The notes: generated by a model not told the origin, from the sequence alone. 64,000 bases of DNA from Spirochaetales bacterium (GCA_018399255.1 JAGYPA010000018.1:1060-65059), one strand, 5' to 3'. Numbered from the stretch's first letter, positions 37,320 through 46,516 are shown. Numbers and translations: made by a program.

Positions 37320-38284
37320 GCCAGCACCTTCCCGCGCTTAGACGCAATGTCGATCCATACCACAACCACCAGTATCACCCATTGAGCAACCCACTGGGTG
37401 TAGTAAGGAAAACCGAGCAGGATAAATCCATTCATGAGCATGCCCACAATAAGTATTCCGAGAAAAGACTTGAAAATATTCCCTTCACCACCGGTAAGGC
37501 TTGTTCCGCCAAGAATTACTCCCGTGATGACCTGAAATTCATAGCCTTCTCCAATATAGTTCTGGGCAGCCATAATCCTGGAGCCGAGTACAATGCCTCC
37601 GATCCCTGTTACAAGGCCTGAGGCAATAAAGGTAAGCATAATGATCCGCGTCTCTTTTATTCCTGAAAACTTACTGGCAACCTGGTTGCCGCCGACTGCC
37701 AGAAGCTGCCGGCCAAAAACAGTTTTCATGAGAATTACCGCGAATATTATAATGACGACTGCCAGAATTATGACGGGAAACGGAATGCCAAGCACAAATC
37801 CGCGGCCGATAAACCCGAACCAGGTTTCATCAGGGTCAGTCAGCCGCGAGTACTTGCCCCCGGTATAGATGAGGGTTACCGCCTGAATAACTCCCAGCAG
37901 CCCCAGGGTGATAATCATCGAGTTCAGCTTGAGATATCCAATCAGGTACCCGGCAAGCGTACCGGAGAGCATCCCGACCAGTAAGGCGACGATCATAGCC
38001 GGAATCGGGCCGATCTTGTCATGCAGACTGATAACCACGACAGTTGTCAGGGAGGTCAGGGAACCGACCGACAAGTCAAAATTGCCTCCGATGATGACAA
38101 ATGTCATTCCACAGGCAATTATTCCCAATATCGAAACCTGCCGCAGGACCAGTATAATATTTCCATAGGTGAGAAACACATCGGACGCTATTGAGAAAAA
38201 GATGACCAGCAGCAGAAAAGCGATAACCAGTCCCTGTTTCTCGGCAAACCCGAGTGCCTTTTTCTTTATTACCGACAGCTGCAT
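37316..38284 (-). CDS. Sugar ABC permease (RbsC-like)
   Basis: FDLSVG, GRQLLAVGGN, VILGGTSLTGGEG. GGAG RBS before ATG 38284. Confidence 0.93.
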   Translation of the reverse strand: MQLSVIKKKALGFAEKQGLVIAFLLLVIFFSIASDVFLTYGNIILVLRQVSILGIIACGMTFVIIGGNFDLSVGSLTSLTTVVVISLHDKIGPIPAMIVALLVGMLSGTLAGYLIGYLKLNSMIITLGLLGVIQAVTLIYTGGKYSRLTDPDETWFGFIGRGFVLGIPFPVIILAVVIIIFAVILMKTVFGRQLLAVGGNQVASKFSGIKETRIIMLTFIASGLVTGIGGIVLGSRIMAAQNYIGEGYEFQVITGVILGGTSLTGGEGNIFKSFLGILIVGMLMNGFILLGFPYYTQWVAQWVILVVVVWIDIASKRGKVLA

Positions 38285-38365
38285 AAACAGCTCCTCCTCT
38301 TTTTCTAAAAATTGCCGGGACCGGGATGGTGCTGCGGGCATTCTCCCGGTCCTGTATCGGTAATC

Positions 38366-39160
38366 CTAGGTAAAATCCAACCCGCCGTTAACGTTGATCA
38401 GCTGCCCTGTCACATAAGAACCGGACGGGGTAGCCAGCCATATGATGGCACCAGCCATGTCCTTGCCGTACCCGTAGCGATGAAGCGGAATCTCGTTCAG
38501 TTCCAGTTCCTTCATTTCATCAAAGGTTATGCCGCGGGCATCTGCATCTGCCTGAACAAAGGCCCAATGCATTTCTGATGCGGCCAGCCCGGGACAGAGA
38601 GCGTTGACATTGACATTGTAGGGAGCCAGCTCAAGAGCGAGTGCCTGGGTCATAGTATGCACAGCTCCTTTGGAAGCGCCGTAGGTGGCAGAACCGGCGT
38701 GACCGACCTTTCCGAAAAACGAACCGGTATTCACAATGGATCCGCTTTTCTGCTTGATCATCTGGATCGCGGCATATTTGCAGCCGAAAAATTCACCTTT
38801 GAAGTTTACCGCCAGAATTCTGTCAATCTGGCTCTCTTCAGTCTCCCAGACATTTCCGGTATCCATGTGCATGCCGGCGTTGTTTGCCATAATATCGAGC
38901 TTGCCGAGTTTTTCGACACAGCCTTCAACCAGGGCTTTCACTTCCATCTCGCTGGAGACATCCAGAACAACTGCATACCCTTTGTTATCCGGATTTGCAG
39001 CCTTGACTTCTTCAAAGGATTCCATAACCAGTTCCAGTTTGTCAGCCATGACAACATGGACTCCTTCACTTGCCAGCGTTTCTGCAATTCCCTTGCCGAT
39101 ACCCCGGGCAGCTCCAGTCACAATTGCTACTTTACCTTGAACGTTGCGAAAGTCACTCAT
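38366..39160 (-). CDS. Short-chain dehydrogenase/reductase (polyol/sugar dehydrogenase-like, probably NAD-dependent)
   Basis: TGAARGIG, NNAG, YGASK, NALCPG, GQLINVNGG. Asp follows beta-2 (MAD). Confidence 0.92.
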   Translation of the reverse strand: MSDFRNVQGKVAIVTGAARGIGKGIAETLASEGVHVVMADKLELVMESFEEVKAANPDNKGYAVVLDVSSEMEVKALVEGCVEKLGKLDIMANNAGMHMDTGNVWETEESQIDRILAVNFKGEFFGCKYAAIQMIKQKSGSIVNTGSFFGKVGHAGSATYGASKGAVHTMTQALALELAPYNVNVNALCPGLAASEMHWAFVQADADARGITFDEMKELELNEIPLHRYGYGKDMAGAIIWLATPSGSYVTGQLINVNGGLDFT

Positions 39161-39187
39161 ATTTCTTCTCCTGATTTTAGTATCTAT

Positions 39188-39245
39188 ATGGTAATACCAT
39201 TTAAACATTGGAATTCACATCTGTCAACTAAAAAGGTATTACATT
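39188..39245 (-). promoter_or_regulatory. Promoter of the catabolic operon with FadR-type operator
   Basis: Minus strand TTGACA (39222-39227)-17 nt-TTAAAT. Palindrome ATGGT-AAT-ACCAT (39188-39200) lies over the start region; a degenerate second site lies near 39232. Confidence 0.7.
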
Positions 39246-39316
39246 TTGCATATTTAAAAAAACCCTCTGAAATATTTCTTGACAACTGCAAGAACATCCC
39301 TTTAGTATGCTAATTC

Positions 39317-41695
39317 ATGACAAAGAAAAAAAAGCGTCTGCAGTCTTCCCTCTATCCGCTGCTCTTTCTCCTCAGCGCCTCAGGAATAGCCTTGGAAGTC
39401 TCCCTTACCAGGCTTTTCTCGTACCTCTTCACCCATAGTTATGTCTATATCATCATTTCCGTCAGCATGGCCGGGCTTGGACTCGGATCGGTGCTGATGC
39501 GAATTCTCCGGGACGGGATTCGGCAAAAGGTTCTCAGAACTGCATTGTTTCTTCCGGCTTTTCTTGCAGGAGTCATGCTGCTTTCGAGTCTGCTTCAGGC
39601 TGCAGTGATTGTTTCGCTTTTAACGGCATTCTTAATATTCATGACAATCGGATTATTCCAGGTGCTGGTCTTCCAGCAGCCCCGTGTACAGGCAGGAAAA
39701 CTCTACGCCTCAGATCTTTCCGGGGCGGCCTTCGGATCTGTTGCCGCCTTCCTGATTCTCAATGCGCTTGGCGGAATGTATGCAACGCTGCTTGCTGCCT
39801 CGGCAATCAGTCTCGCGTGCCTGCTGCTCTATGATAAGTTGTTCAGGGAGCCTGAGCTTTCTAAGGAAACTCCGGTTCCTCAGGCTCCTTCTCACCGGTT
39901 TCTCAAGCAAACAACAGCACTCACGCTCATCATAGCCCTGGTGCTGATTTCCGGCTCTGTATCCTCTCTCCTGCCCAAGCGTTCCCTCATGAAGGAAATG
40001 ACCCGTATGCTTGAAAGCCCGACAGATCCAGCGGTAATCACCGATTCCCGCTGGTCGGCCTTTGGGAGGGTAGACCTGACGGAAACAGACAACCCCCTTT
40101 TTAAAACACTCTTTATTGACGGAGCGGCCGGAACAAAGATGATTAAAATGGAAGAGGGCAAGGTTACCAGGGAAACGGCAGAAACCCTCCTCTATCAGTA
40201 TATGGGCGGTGTACCGCTCCTTGCTGTTGACGACAGCAATAAAGAACAGGCTCTGGTAATCGGCAGCGGCGGCGGTATAGATGTGGTAACCCTGCTTCTT
40301 GCCGGATACCGCAGCATCGATGCCGTGGAGATCAATCCGGACTTCATTCAGATTGTCAAAGAGCAAAGCTCCTACAACGGGGGAATTTATACGGATAATC
40401 CCCAGATCAACCTTATTGAGGGCGAAGGAAGGTCCTTTATCCGGGCTGTTGACAAAATCTATGACCTTATCCTGATGTCGCTGCCAATCACCAAAAGTGC
40501 CCGCAACTACGGCAACCAGGCGCTTACCGAGAACTACCTGTTCACCAGCAATGCCTTTGGTGAGTATCTTGACAAGCTCAACAGCACCGGTTTTATAATT
40601 ATTGTTGCCCATTATCCGAACGAACTGCTTAAAATTACCGCTAATGCCGCAGCCGCTTTGATGAATCGGGGTCTGGCTATTGAAGATGCCATGAAACAGG
40701 TAGTGACAATAGGAACTGACAGCGCCCCGGCTCTTATTCTGAAAACAACTCCTTTTACCGCTGACGAAATTGCGGTCTTTTACGCAGTCATGACATCTCT
40801 GGGTCTGCAGGGAACAACAAACTTTATTCCCGGCATGCCCCAGCGGTCACGCGAAATAACCCTCCCCGATAGTACAAAATCAACTGTGCACGAATTCCAT
40901 CCGGGGCTCTCCAGTCTTGCCCTGGGAGAATGGAACATTGAAGACCTTAATGCTCACAGCAGGGAAGATATCGGGATTGTTACCGACAATTCGCCTTTCT
41001 TCTACCAGATGAGCAAAACCCTCCCGCAGGAAGTGGTGACCGTAGCAATTATTTCTGCTGCAATTCTGCTGCTGATCGCCAGCCTGTTCCTGATTAAAGG
41101 AAAGCTGCCGGGCTCCCTGCCATTCAGCAGAAAATCAATTCTTCAGTTTGCCTCTTTCGGATTTATCGGCTTAGGGTATATGATGGTCGAAATCGCTTTT
41201 CTGCAGAAATTCATCCTCTACTGGCAGCACCAGACACTGGCCCTGGCGGTTGTTCTTTCAATAATCCTGATCAGCAGCGGTGCGGGAAGTTATATGTCAG
41301 GGTTTTTTCTGACCGGCAAGAGGTTCATTCTGGCTATCCTTATCCTGGCTGTACTGCTGACAGCCGGGCCCTTCGTTGTTGATGAGCTGCTTAGTTCTAC
41401 CGCAGCAGCACCGCCGGTATATAAATTTCTGATTACCCTGCTTGCTGCGGCTCCCCCGTTTTTCTTCATGGGAATGCCCTTCCCGATACTGCTGGAGCGG
41501 AACGTCTCCCTGAGAACCACACGAAGCGAATATCCCTGGATGATTGGGATCAACAGCCTGGCTTCCCTTGCCGGAGGTGTTTTCTCGATGGTAATTGCAT
41601 TGGCAGCCGGCTATCACATGGTAATGGCCGTTGGCATCATCTGTTATGCACTCCTCTTGCTCACGCTGCTTTTTGACAGCAGGAAACTCACCTGA
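39317..41695 (+). CDS. Multi-TM membrane protein with spermidine-synthase-like SAM-binding domain
   Basis: N- and C-terminal TM bundles; LYASDLSGAAFG, LVIGSGGGID, VEINP, EGRSFI, YDLI, ENYLFT. Confidence 0.82.
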   Translation: MTKKKKRLQSSLYPLLFLLSASGIALEVSLTRLFSYLFTHSYVYIIISVSMAGLGLGSVLMRILRDGIRQKVLRTALFLPAFLAGVMLLSSLLQAAVIVSLLTAFLIFMTIGLFQVLVFQQPRVQAGKLYASDLSGAAFGSVAAFLILNALGGMYATLLAASAISLACLLLYDKLFREPELSKETPVPQAPSHRFLKQTTALTLIIALVLISGSVSSLLPKRSLMKEMTRMLESPTDPAVITDSRWSAFGRVDLTETDNPLFKTLFIDGAAGTKMIKMEEGKVTRETAETLLYQYMGGVPLLAVDDSNKEQALVIGSGGGIDVVTLLLAGYRSIDAVEINPDFIQIVKEQSSYNGGIYTDNPQINLIEGEGRSFIRAVDKIYDLILMSLPITKSARNYGNQALTENYLFTSNAFGEYLDKLNSTGFIIIVAHYPNELLKITANAAAALMNRGLAIEDAMKQVVTIGTDSAPALILKTTPFTADEIAVFYAVMTSLGLQGTTNFIPGMPQRSREITLPDSTKSTVHEFHPGLSSLALGEWNIEDLNAHSREDIGIVTDNSPFFYQMSKTLPQEVVTVAIISAAILLLIASLFLIKGKLPGSLPFSRKSILQFASFGFIGLGYMMVEIAFLQKFILYWQHQTLALAVVLSIILISSGAGSYMSGFFLTGKRFILAILILAVLLTAGPFVVDELLSSTAAAPPVYKFLITLLAAAPPFFFMGMPFPILLERNVSLRTTRSEYPWMIGINSLASLAGGVFSMVIALAAGYHMVMAVGIICYALLLLTLLFDSRKLT

Positions 41696-41759
41696 TCCAG
41701 AGCAGATAAATTCATTATCCTGCTTGTTTTTTCTTATTTAATGCTTTGCTATTATGTCA

Positions 41760-41773
41760 AAAGGTGTTACCAT
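41760..41773. promoter_or_regulatory. FadR-type operator upstream of the second FadR gene
   Basis: AAAGGT-GTT-ACCAT, the same GGT-N3-ACC core as 30175 and 39188. Confidence 0.55.
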
Positions 41774-41811
41774 TACCAAATACTTTGTAGCATTATCTTT
41801 GGGAGTCACCT

Positions 41812-42513
41812 ATGATAGAACCGGTAAAAAAAATTCGGTTGTACGAATCAATCACCAAGCAGCTGCAGCGCCTTATCAAAGATGGGGAACTGAAGCCCGG
41901 AGACCAGCTTCCTCCTGAACGTGAACTGGCAGTACGGATGAATGTCAGCCGCCCGTCCATAAGAGAAGCTCTGCGGACTCTCGAGATGATGGGATACCTT
42001 GAATCAAGAGTAGGAGTTAACGGCGGAACATTCATTAAGCAACTGACCATTGACACCATAATTTCTCCATTTTCAACGCTGCTGATTCAGAATGAAAACT
42101 ACATAATCGAACTGCTGGAAGTACGGCTGGTTCTGGAAATAGAAGTCAGCAGGCTGGCTGCTCTGCGCAGGACGGAAGATGACCTTGTCAGGATGTCTGA
42201 AGCCGTTACGGCAATGGAGCTGCAGATTCAAGCGGGAGAATCGGGTTTTTCCGGAGATAATGATTTTCACCATGCCCTGGCAAAAGCTGCTCACAATGAT
42301 GTTCTGGAGCAATTTGTCGCCATGTGCGGGGATCTGCTCGAGATCGAGCGGGAATCTCATCTGCGTATGATAAAAGGTGAATCCAAGAAAGCCCTCAATC
42401 AGCATAAAGGCATCCTGAAAGCCATTTCGGCTGGTAATGAGGAACAGGCCCAGGCCTTGATGGGAAAGCATATTCTTAACATCTCAGAACTGATCAGAAA
42501 AGATCATTCCTGA
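41812..42513 (+). CDS. FadR/GntR-family regulator, paralogue of 21077..21826
   Basis: PGDQLPPERELA...SRPSIREAL, ESRVGVNGGTF, DNDFH...AHN. Confidence 0.93.
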   Translation: MIEPVKKIRLYESITKQLQRLIKDGELKPGDQLPPERELAVRMNVSRPSIREALRTLEMMGYLESRVGVNGGTFIKQLTIDTIISPFSTLLIQNENYIIELLEVRLVLEIEVSRLAALRRTEDDLVRMSEAVTAMELQIQAGESGFSGDNDFHHALAKAAHNDVLEQFVAMCGDLLEIERESHLRMIKGESKKALNQHKGILKAISAGNEEQAQALMGKHILNISELIRKDHS

Positions 42514-42520
42514 AGACGGC

Positions 42521-43411
42521 ATGCGCCAGTCAGTACCAGGCCCTGCCAAAGTTCCGTTAAAACCCCTTCTATTGACCATTCTTGCACCTCTCATCTGGAG
42601 CACTGGCGGAGCTGCTATCCGCCTGTTAGGCAGCATGCCGCCCTGGAATATCCTTTTCTGGCGCTCTCTCTTTATGGCCCTGTCGATCGGATCCTGGCTG
42701 ATAATGCGCAGCTCGGACCGGGGCAGAAAGCGCAGTCTCTTTCGCAGCATGCTTCACGGCCTGCCGGTCTCATTTTTCATCAGTCTGTCTATCGGGCTCT
42801 ATGTTCTTTCTATGACCAGAACCCTGGCTGCCGATTCTATGCTCATTCAGGGCACAGCCCCGCTGTTTATCATCATCATCGGACACCTCTATCTGAAGGA
42901 CCCCATAAGCAGAAGATCGATGCTCGCCCTGGCCGGAATAACAATCGGTCTGCTGATTATTATTCTGCCCTCGTTATCAAGCAGCCGTCTCAGCGGTAAT
43001 CTGTTCGGGCTGGGAAAAGCTGTCGCTTTTGCTATGAGCGCGATCATGGTCCGACGGCTCAAACATGTTGATATGGTTCCGGCTGCCTTTACCGCAGCCA
43101 TTATCCTGCTTCTTTTTTCACTCATCTTTGTCCGTGATTTTTCTTTGTCGCCTCACGATCTGCTGGTATCAGCCTACCTCGGCATGGTGCAGACCGGGAT
43201 CGGTTTTATGGTTTTCGTCAGCTGGTCGGGAAAAATCCCCGCTACGTACACAGGGGTCATTGTTGTCTTGGAAGCGGTACTCGGGCCGCTCTGGGTCTGG
43301 GCCGTTATCGGCGAAGTTCCTGGTATCATGACCCTTATCGGGGGGTGTATTATATTGGCTTCCCTGGTTTATAATAGCCTCAAGGTTGCTCCTGCCCTGT
43401 CTGAAGCGTGA
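42521..43411 (+). CDS. DMT/EamA family transporter
   Basis: About 10 TM; IWSTGG, TAPLF, LEAVLGPLWVW. Confidence 0.88.
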   Translation: MRQSVPGPAKVPLKPLLLTILAPLIWSTGGAAIRLLGSMPPWNILFWRSLFMALSIGSWLIMRSSDRGRKRSLFRSMLHGLPVSFFISLSIGLYVLSMTRTLAADSMLIQGTAPLFIIIIGHLYLKDPISRRSMLALAGITIGLLIIILPSLSSSRLSGNLFGLGKAVAFAMSAIMVRRLKHVDMVPAAFTAAIILLLFSLIFVRDFSLSPHDLLVSAYLGMVQTGIGFMVFVSWSGKIPATYTGVIVVLEAVLGPLWVWAVIGEVPGIMTLIGGCIILASLVYNSLKVAPALSEA

Positions 43412-43427
43412 CATTTCCCTGCAAACT

Positions 43428-45326
43428 CTACAGATTCTCTTCGGTGTAGAGCTGCAGCTCAATCATCCGCTCCAGCAGCTGCTCCCGGTCAACTTCGGGA
43501 AAATTCACCAGAACCAGTTCTTTTGCATACAGTTTGGCGATGTATTTCAGCTTTCGTGAGTTTGTCCGGGAAGAGTAGAGGAAATCGGCATGCCCGCTGT
43601 TAATAACGATTATAGATCGATTTGAATCATAGGAACTGCGCCAGAGTTCGCCCGGACAATGGTTAAAGGTATAACCGGGAAGACCGCGGCTGCCCCTCGC
43701 CCCCCCGTCCTGATCCTGACCCCGGGAAAACAGCTCCTTTGTAACCGTGACGACGGCGGTGCAGTGCACCCTGACGTCATTCTGCGTAACAACTGCACTC
43801 AGCTCTTCAACACCCGGTTCATCGGGAGCGGTATATTCAACAATTTCACCCTCATAAGCTGACAAGGAACCCAGTCCATGCTTTATTTCCCAGGCGACCC
43901 GGAATCCATCTTCCAGCACTATTCTTTTACGATCCCGAGCCTTGACTTGAAATGTCTTCTTTTTTCCTGTTGAAATAACTGCCGAAGCCGGCATTATTAC
44001 CGCTGAATGGAGCGGCCCGGAAAATTCAAAGAAATCCCGCTCCCTACCATTACCCTTCCCCGGCCCATCAGCCGTCCCGCTATCCTGATCGGGCATGTAA
44101 ATACTTTCAACGGCATTTTCCGCGGAGTGAGTTTCTGCATTGCCCTCACCTTCACCATCACCTTCATCTTCAGAGTCTATCTGGCCGCCTGCCTGAGGAA
44201 CTCCGGTATCTGACGGAACCCGCAATACTTTCGGTTTGACCCTCTCCTGAATATGCAGCCACCCATACTCCTCCGTGGGCAGGAACAGCAGCGCATCCCG
44301 CAAGGCCTTGCTTATCCGTTTCAGAATATTTTTGCTTACCTTCTCTTCTTCGGCCTTTTTCTGCTCTGCGGCCAGCTCCTCAAGCTTTACCGATATTTGC
44401 ACAAGGGAAGCCAGAAAGCTTTCATAGGCATCATCAAGGACTATTCCATCCCGGGTTCCGGGAGTCAGCTGCAGAAAGGAGGCATCGATAATACCCTCGA
44501 GCAGCTCGGAATTCCAGGGATAGCAGTTAAACGCCTCAAGCCGGGTAATATCGTCGATAACCCGTGTACCATGGCGATAGAGCCCGATCTTGTTTTTCGG
44601 TGAGGGATCATTGATATAGAGTTCGCAGTAGATTTCCCCCAGGGGATTTTTTGCCTGCGGAAGATTGTGGATAAGCTGACCGGTAAATTTTCGCGGTTCC
44701 ACCAGCAGCTCCTTTCTTGCCGACTTGTCAAGAATGCGAATTTCTACTCCGCTCTTTGCAATCCGGTCCCGCAGTTCGGAAGCCAGATAATTCTGGATTT
44801 TCTCACCGGATAGATACCGGATACCGGAAAGCAGGGGGGTAATGTAAAGTTCAGTTCCCGTCCCCTTTTCAAAAAGTTCCCGGACTTCGGTAATCGAGTA
44901 GCCGGGATTGTTCTTCACCAGTTTCATCCTTCGGGTAATCCCCTCGCTTCCGGTAGATGTAAGCATAAGCTGATCCCCGACAGTCCAGAAACTGAGTAGA
45001 CCGATACCAAATTCCCCCTGAATTCTCCCGGTATCTCCGCTCCCGGCCTGCTTTTTAAGCTTCCGCTTGATAGAATCTCCAATGTGCGTCGCAACATAGG
45101 AGAAATCATCTATACCGGTACCATCATCGATAATCTTCAGATAATGATCCCCTTTAAGCTTCCCGCGAATAATCCGGATGTGCTTTGCCTGGGCATCGAT
45201 ACTGTTCTCGACAAATTCCGCCACAGCCTTCAGGGGATTATTCTGGGAATAGGCAATTATGGTGATTGCATTCCAATTGTCGCCAATTTTAAGCTTGCCT
45301 GCGTTTGCATTCTTCGTCCTTGCCAT
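43428..45326 (-). CDS. GHKL (MORC/Hsp90-like) ATPase with acidic linker and Ig-like domain
   Basis: EFVENSIDA, DDGTGI, IGDSIK, GEFGIG, GTEL; C-terminal IVINSGH. Confidence 0.85.
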   Translation of the reverse strand: MARTKNANAGKLKIGDNWNAITIIAYSQNNPLKAVAEFVENSIDAQAKHIRIIRGKLKGDHYLKIIDDGTGIDDFSYVATHIGDSIKRKLKKQAGSGDTGRIQGEFGIGLLSFWTVGDQLMLTSTGSEGITRRMKLVKNNPGYSITEVRELFEKGTGTELYITPLLSGIRYLSGEKIQNYLASELRDRIAKSGVEIRILDKSARKELLVEPRKFTGQLIHNLPQAKNPLGEIYCELYINDPSPKNKIGLYRHGTRVIDDITRLEAFNCYPWNSELLEGIIDASFLQLTPGTRDGIVLDDAYESFLASLVQISVKLEELAAEQKKAEEEKVSKNILKRISKALRDALLFLPTEEYGWLHIQERVKPKVLRVPSDTGVPQAGGQIDSEDEGDGEGEGNAETHSAENAVESIYMPDQDSGTADGPGKGNGRERDFFEFSGPLHSAVIMPASAVISTGKKKTFQVKARDRKRIVLEDGFRVAWEIKHGLGSLSAYEGEIVEYTAPDEPGVEELSAVVTQNDVRVHCTAVVTVTKELFSRGQDQDGGARGSRGLPGYTFNHCPGELWRSSYDSNRSIIVINSGHADFLYSSRTNSRKLKYIAKLYAKELVLVNFPEVDREQLLERMIELQLYTEENL

Positions 45327-45460
45327 AATCCCGCCATCTCCTCACTGCTCAACCTTGTTTTTGTAAGAGCATCACTTACCATACTCCAATGGTCCGGCAA
45401 TAATCAAGAGAATTTTTTTTCTTCTTCCCAACCTCCCCTCAGCAGGCTATAATCAGGGGT

Positions 45461-46408
45461 ATGATATCTTTTATTTCGGGACTGCTGCTGGTTTTTCATT
45501 TTTCCCTGGTGTTCTCGATTACTTTTTTCTGTATAGTAATCTATTATCGAACCCGTGACTCGCAAATCAGCCGGTTCCTGCGCATCCTTATCCCCCTGTC
45601 GCTGTTCACCCTGATCTACTTTCTCTACTACCAGGCATCAGCGGAAGCTGCCGCCCTGCAGCCTGATACCCGTGAGGGGCTGGCTCTCTATCTGCTTATA
45701 GTAACCTGCATAGCTCTGGCAGCTTTTATCCAGGGAGTAGTCGCCTTTCTCGTCAGCCTTATTGTTCCCGATGCCGAAAAAAAACGAATCCCGCTTATTA
45801 TCACCAATATTCTGATCATGCTCTTTCTGCTCTTCAGCATCTATTCCCTGATTCTCCTTAACCGGGAGAGCTGGGAAGCCGCCCTGTCAGCAGCCCTGAC
45901 CGAAATGTTCCTTTACAGCAGCCTGCTGCTTCTTATTCCAACAATAGTCGCATCAATTTTTCTTCCTCGCTACCGGGGCAAGGAAAACTACCGGCTGCTC
46001 TCCAGCATGCTTATCGCCTTTTATCCGATGGTGCTCACCCTGCCGGCAGATCTCATTCTCCTTCGGGAGCTCTCCTTCAAGCTCACCCTGCTTACCCACA
46101 CGCTGCTTTGCGGATTTTTCTTTTTCTACATTCTCCGCCACTATCTGGTAAACTATGAAGCTTCCCCGAACAGCATACAGGATGCCGCGGCCGCCTACTT
46201 CTCCAAACATGATATCAGCAGCCGGGAACAGGAGATCGTGCTCAAGCTGATCGAGGGCAAGACAAATCGTGAAATCGGGGATGAACTTTTCATTTCCCCC
46301 AATACGGTCAAGACGCATATCAGAAATATTTACAAAAAACTTGAGATTTCCAACCGGGTCCAGCTGGTACACAAGATAAAAATTGACCAGCCGCCTTCCC
46401 GGCTTTAA
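45461..46408 (+). CDS. Membrane-integral sensor fused to a LuxR-type HTH
   Basis: About 7 TM helices, then ISSREQEIV...GKTNREIGDELFISPNTVKTHIRNIYKKL. Confidence 0.9.
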   Translation: MISFISGLLLVFHFSLVFSITFFCIVIYYRTRDSQISRFLRILIPLSLFTLIYFLYYQASAEAAALQPDTREGLALYLLIVTCIALAAFIQGVVAFLVSLIVPDAEKKRIPLIITNILIMLFLLFSIYSLILLNRESWEAALSAALTEMFLYSSLLLLIPTIVASIFLPRYRGKENYRLLSSMLIAFYPMVLTLPADLILLRELSFKLTLLTHTLLCGFFFFYILRHYLVNYEASPNSIQDAAAAYFSKHDISSREQEIVLKLIEGKTNREIGDELFISPNTVKTHIRNIYKKLEISNRVQLVHKIKIDQPPSRL

Positions 46409-46450
46409 AGCCGCCTTCCCGGCAGTAAAGCCGCCTTCCCGGCAATAAAG
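46389..46450 (+). repeat. 20-bp tandem repeat, three copies, spanning the LuxR stop codon
   Basis: AGCCGCCTTCCCGGC-(TTTAA/AGTAA/AATAA); each unit contains a GCCG/CGGC mini-hairpin. Confidence 0.9.
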
Positions 46451-46451
46451 T

Positions 46452-46516
46452 ATCACCCTTTCGGGCTATTGAAAAAATACCCCTCTCCGAAAGGCCTAAT
46501 CACTCATACCGGCGAT
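46452..46516. promoter_or_regulatory. Two putative LuxR-type boxes
   Basis: ATCACCCTTTCGGGCTAT (46452-46469) and ATCACTCATACCGGCGAT (46499-46516), both resembling ATCACCC-N4-GGGTGAT. Confidence 0.5.

Noticed and set aside
46389-46450. Possible mini-CRISPR array
   Set aside because: Units are head-to-tail with only 5 nt between cores; there are no spacers and no cas genes.
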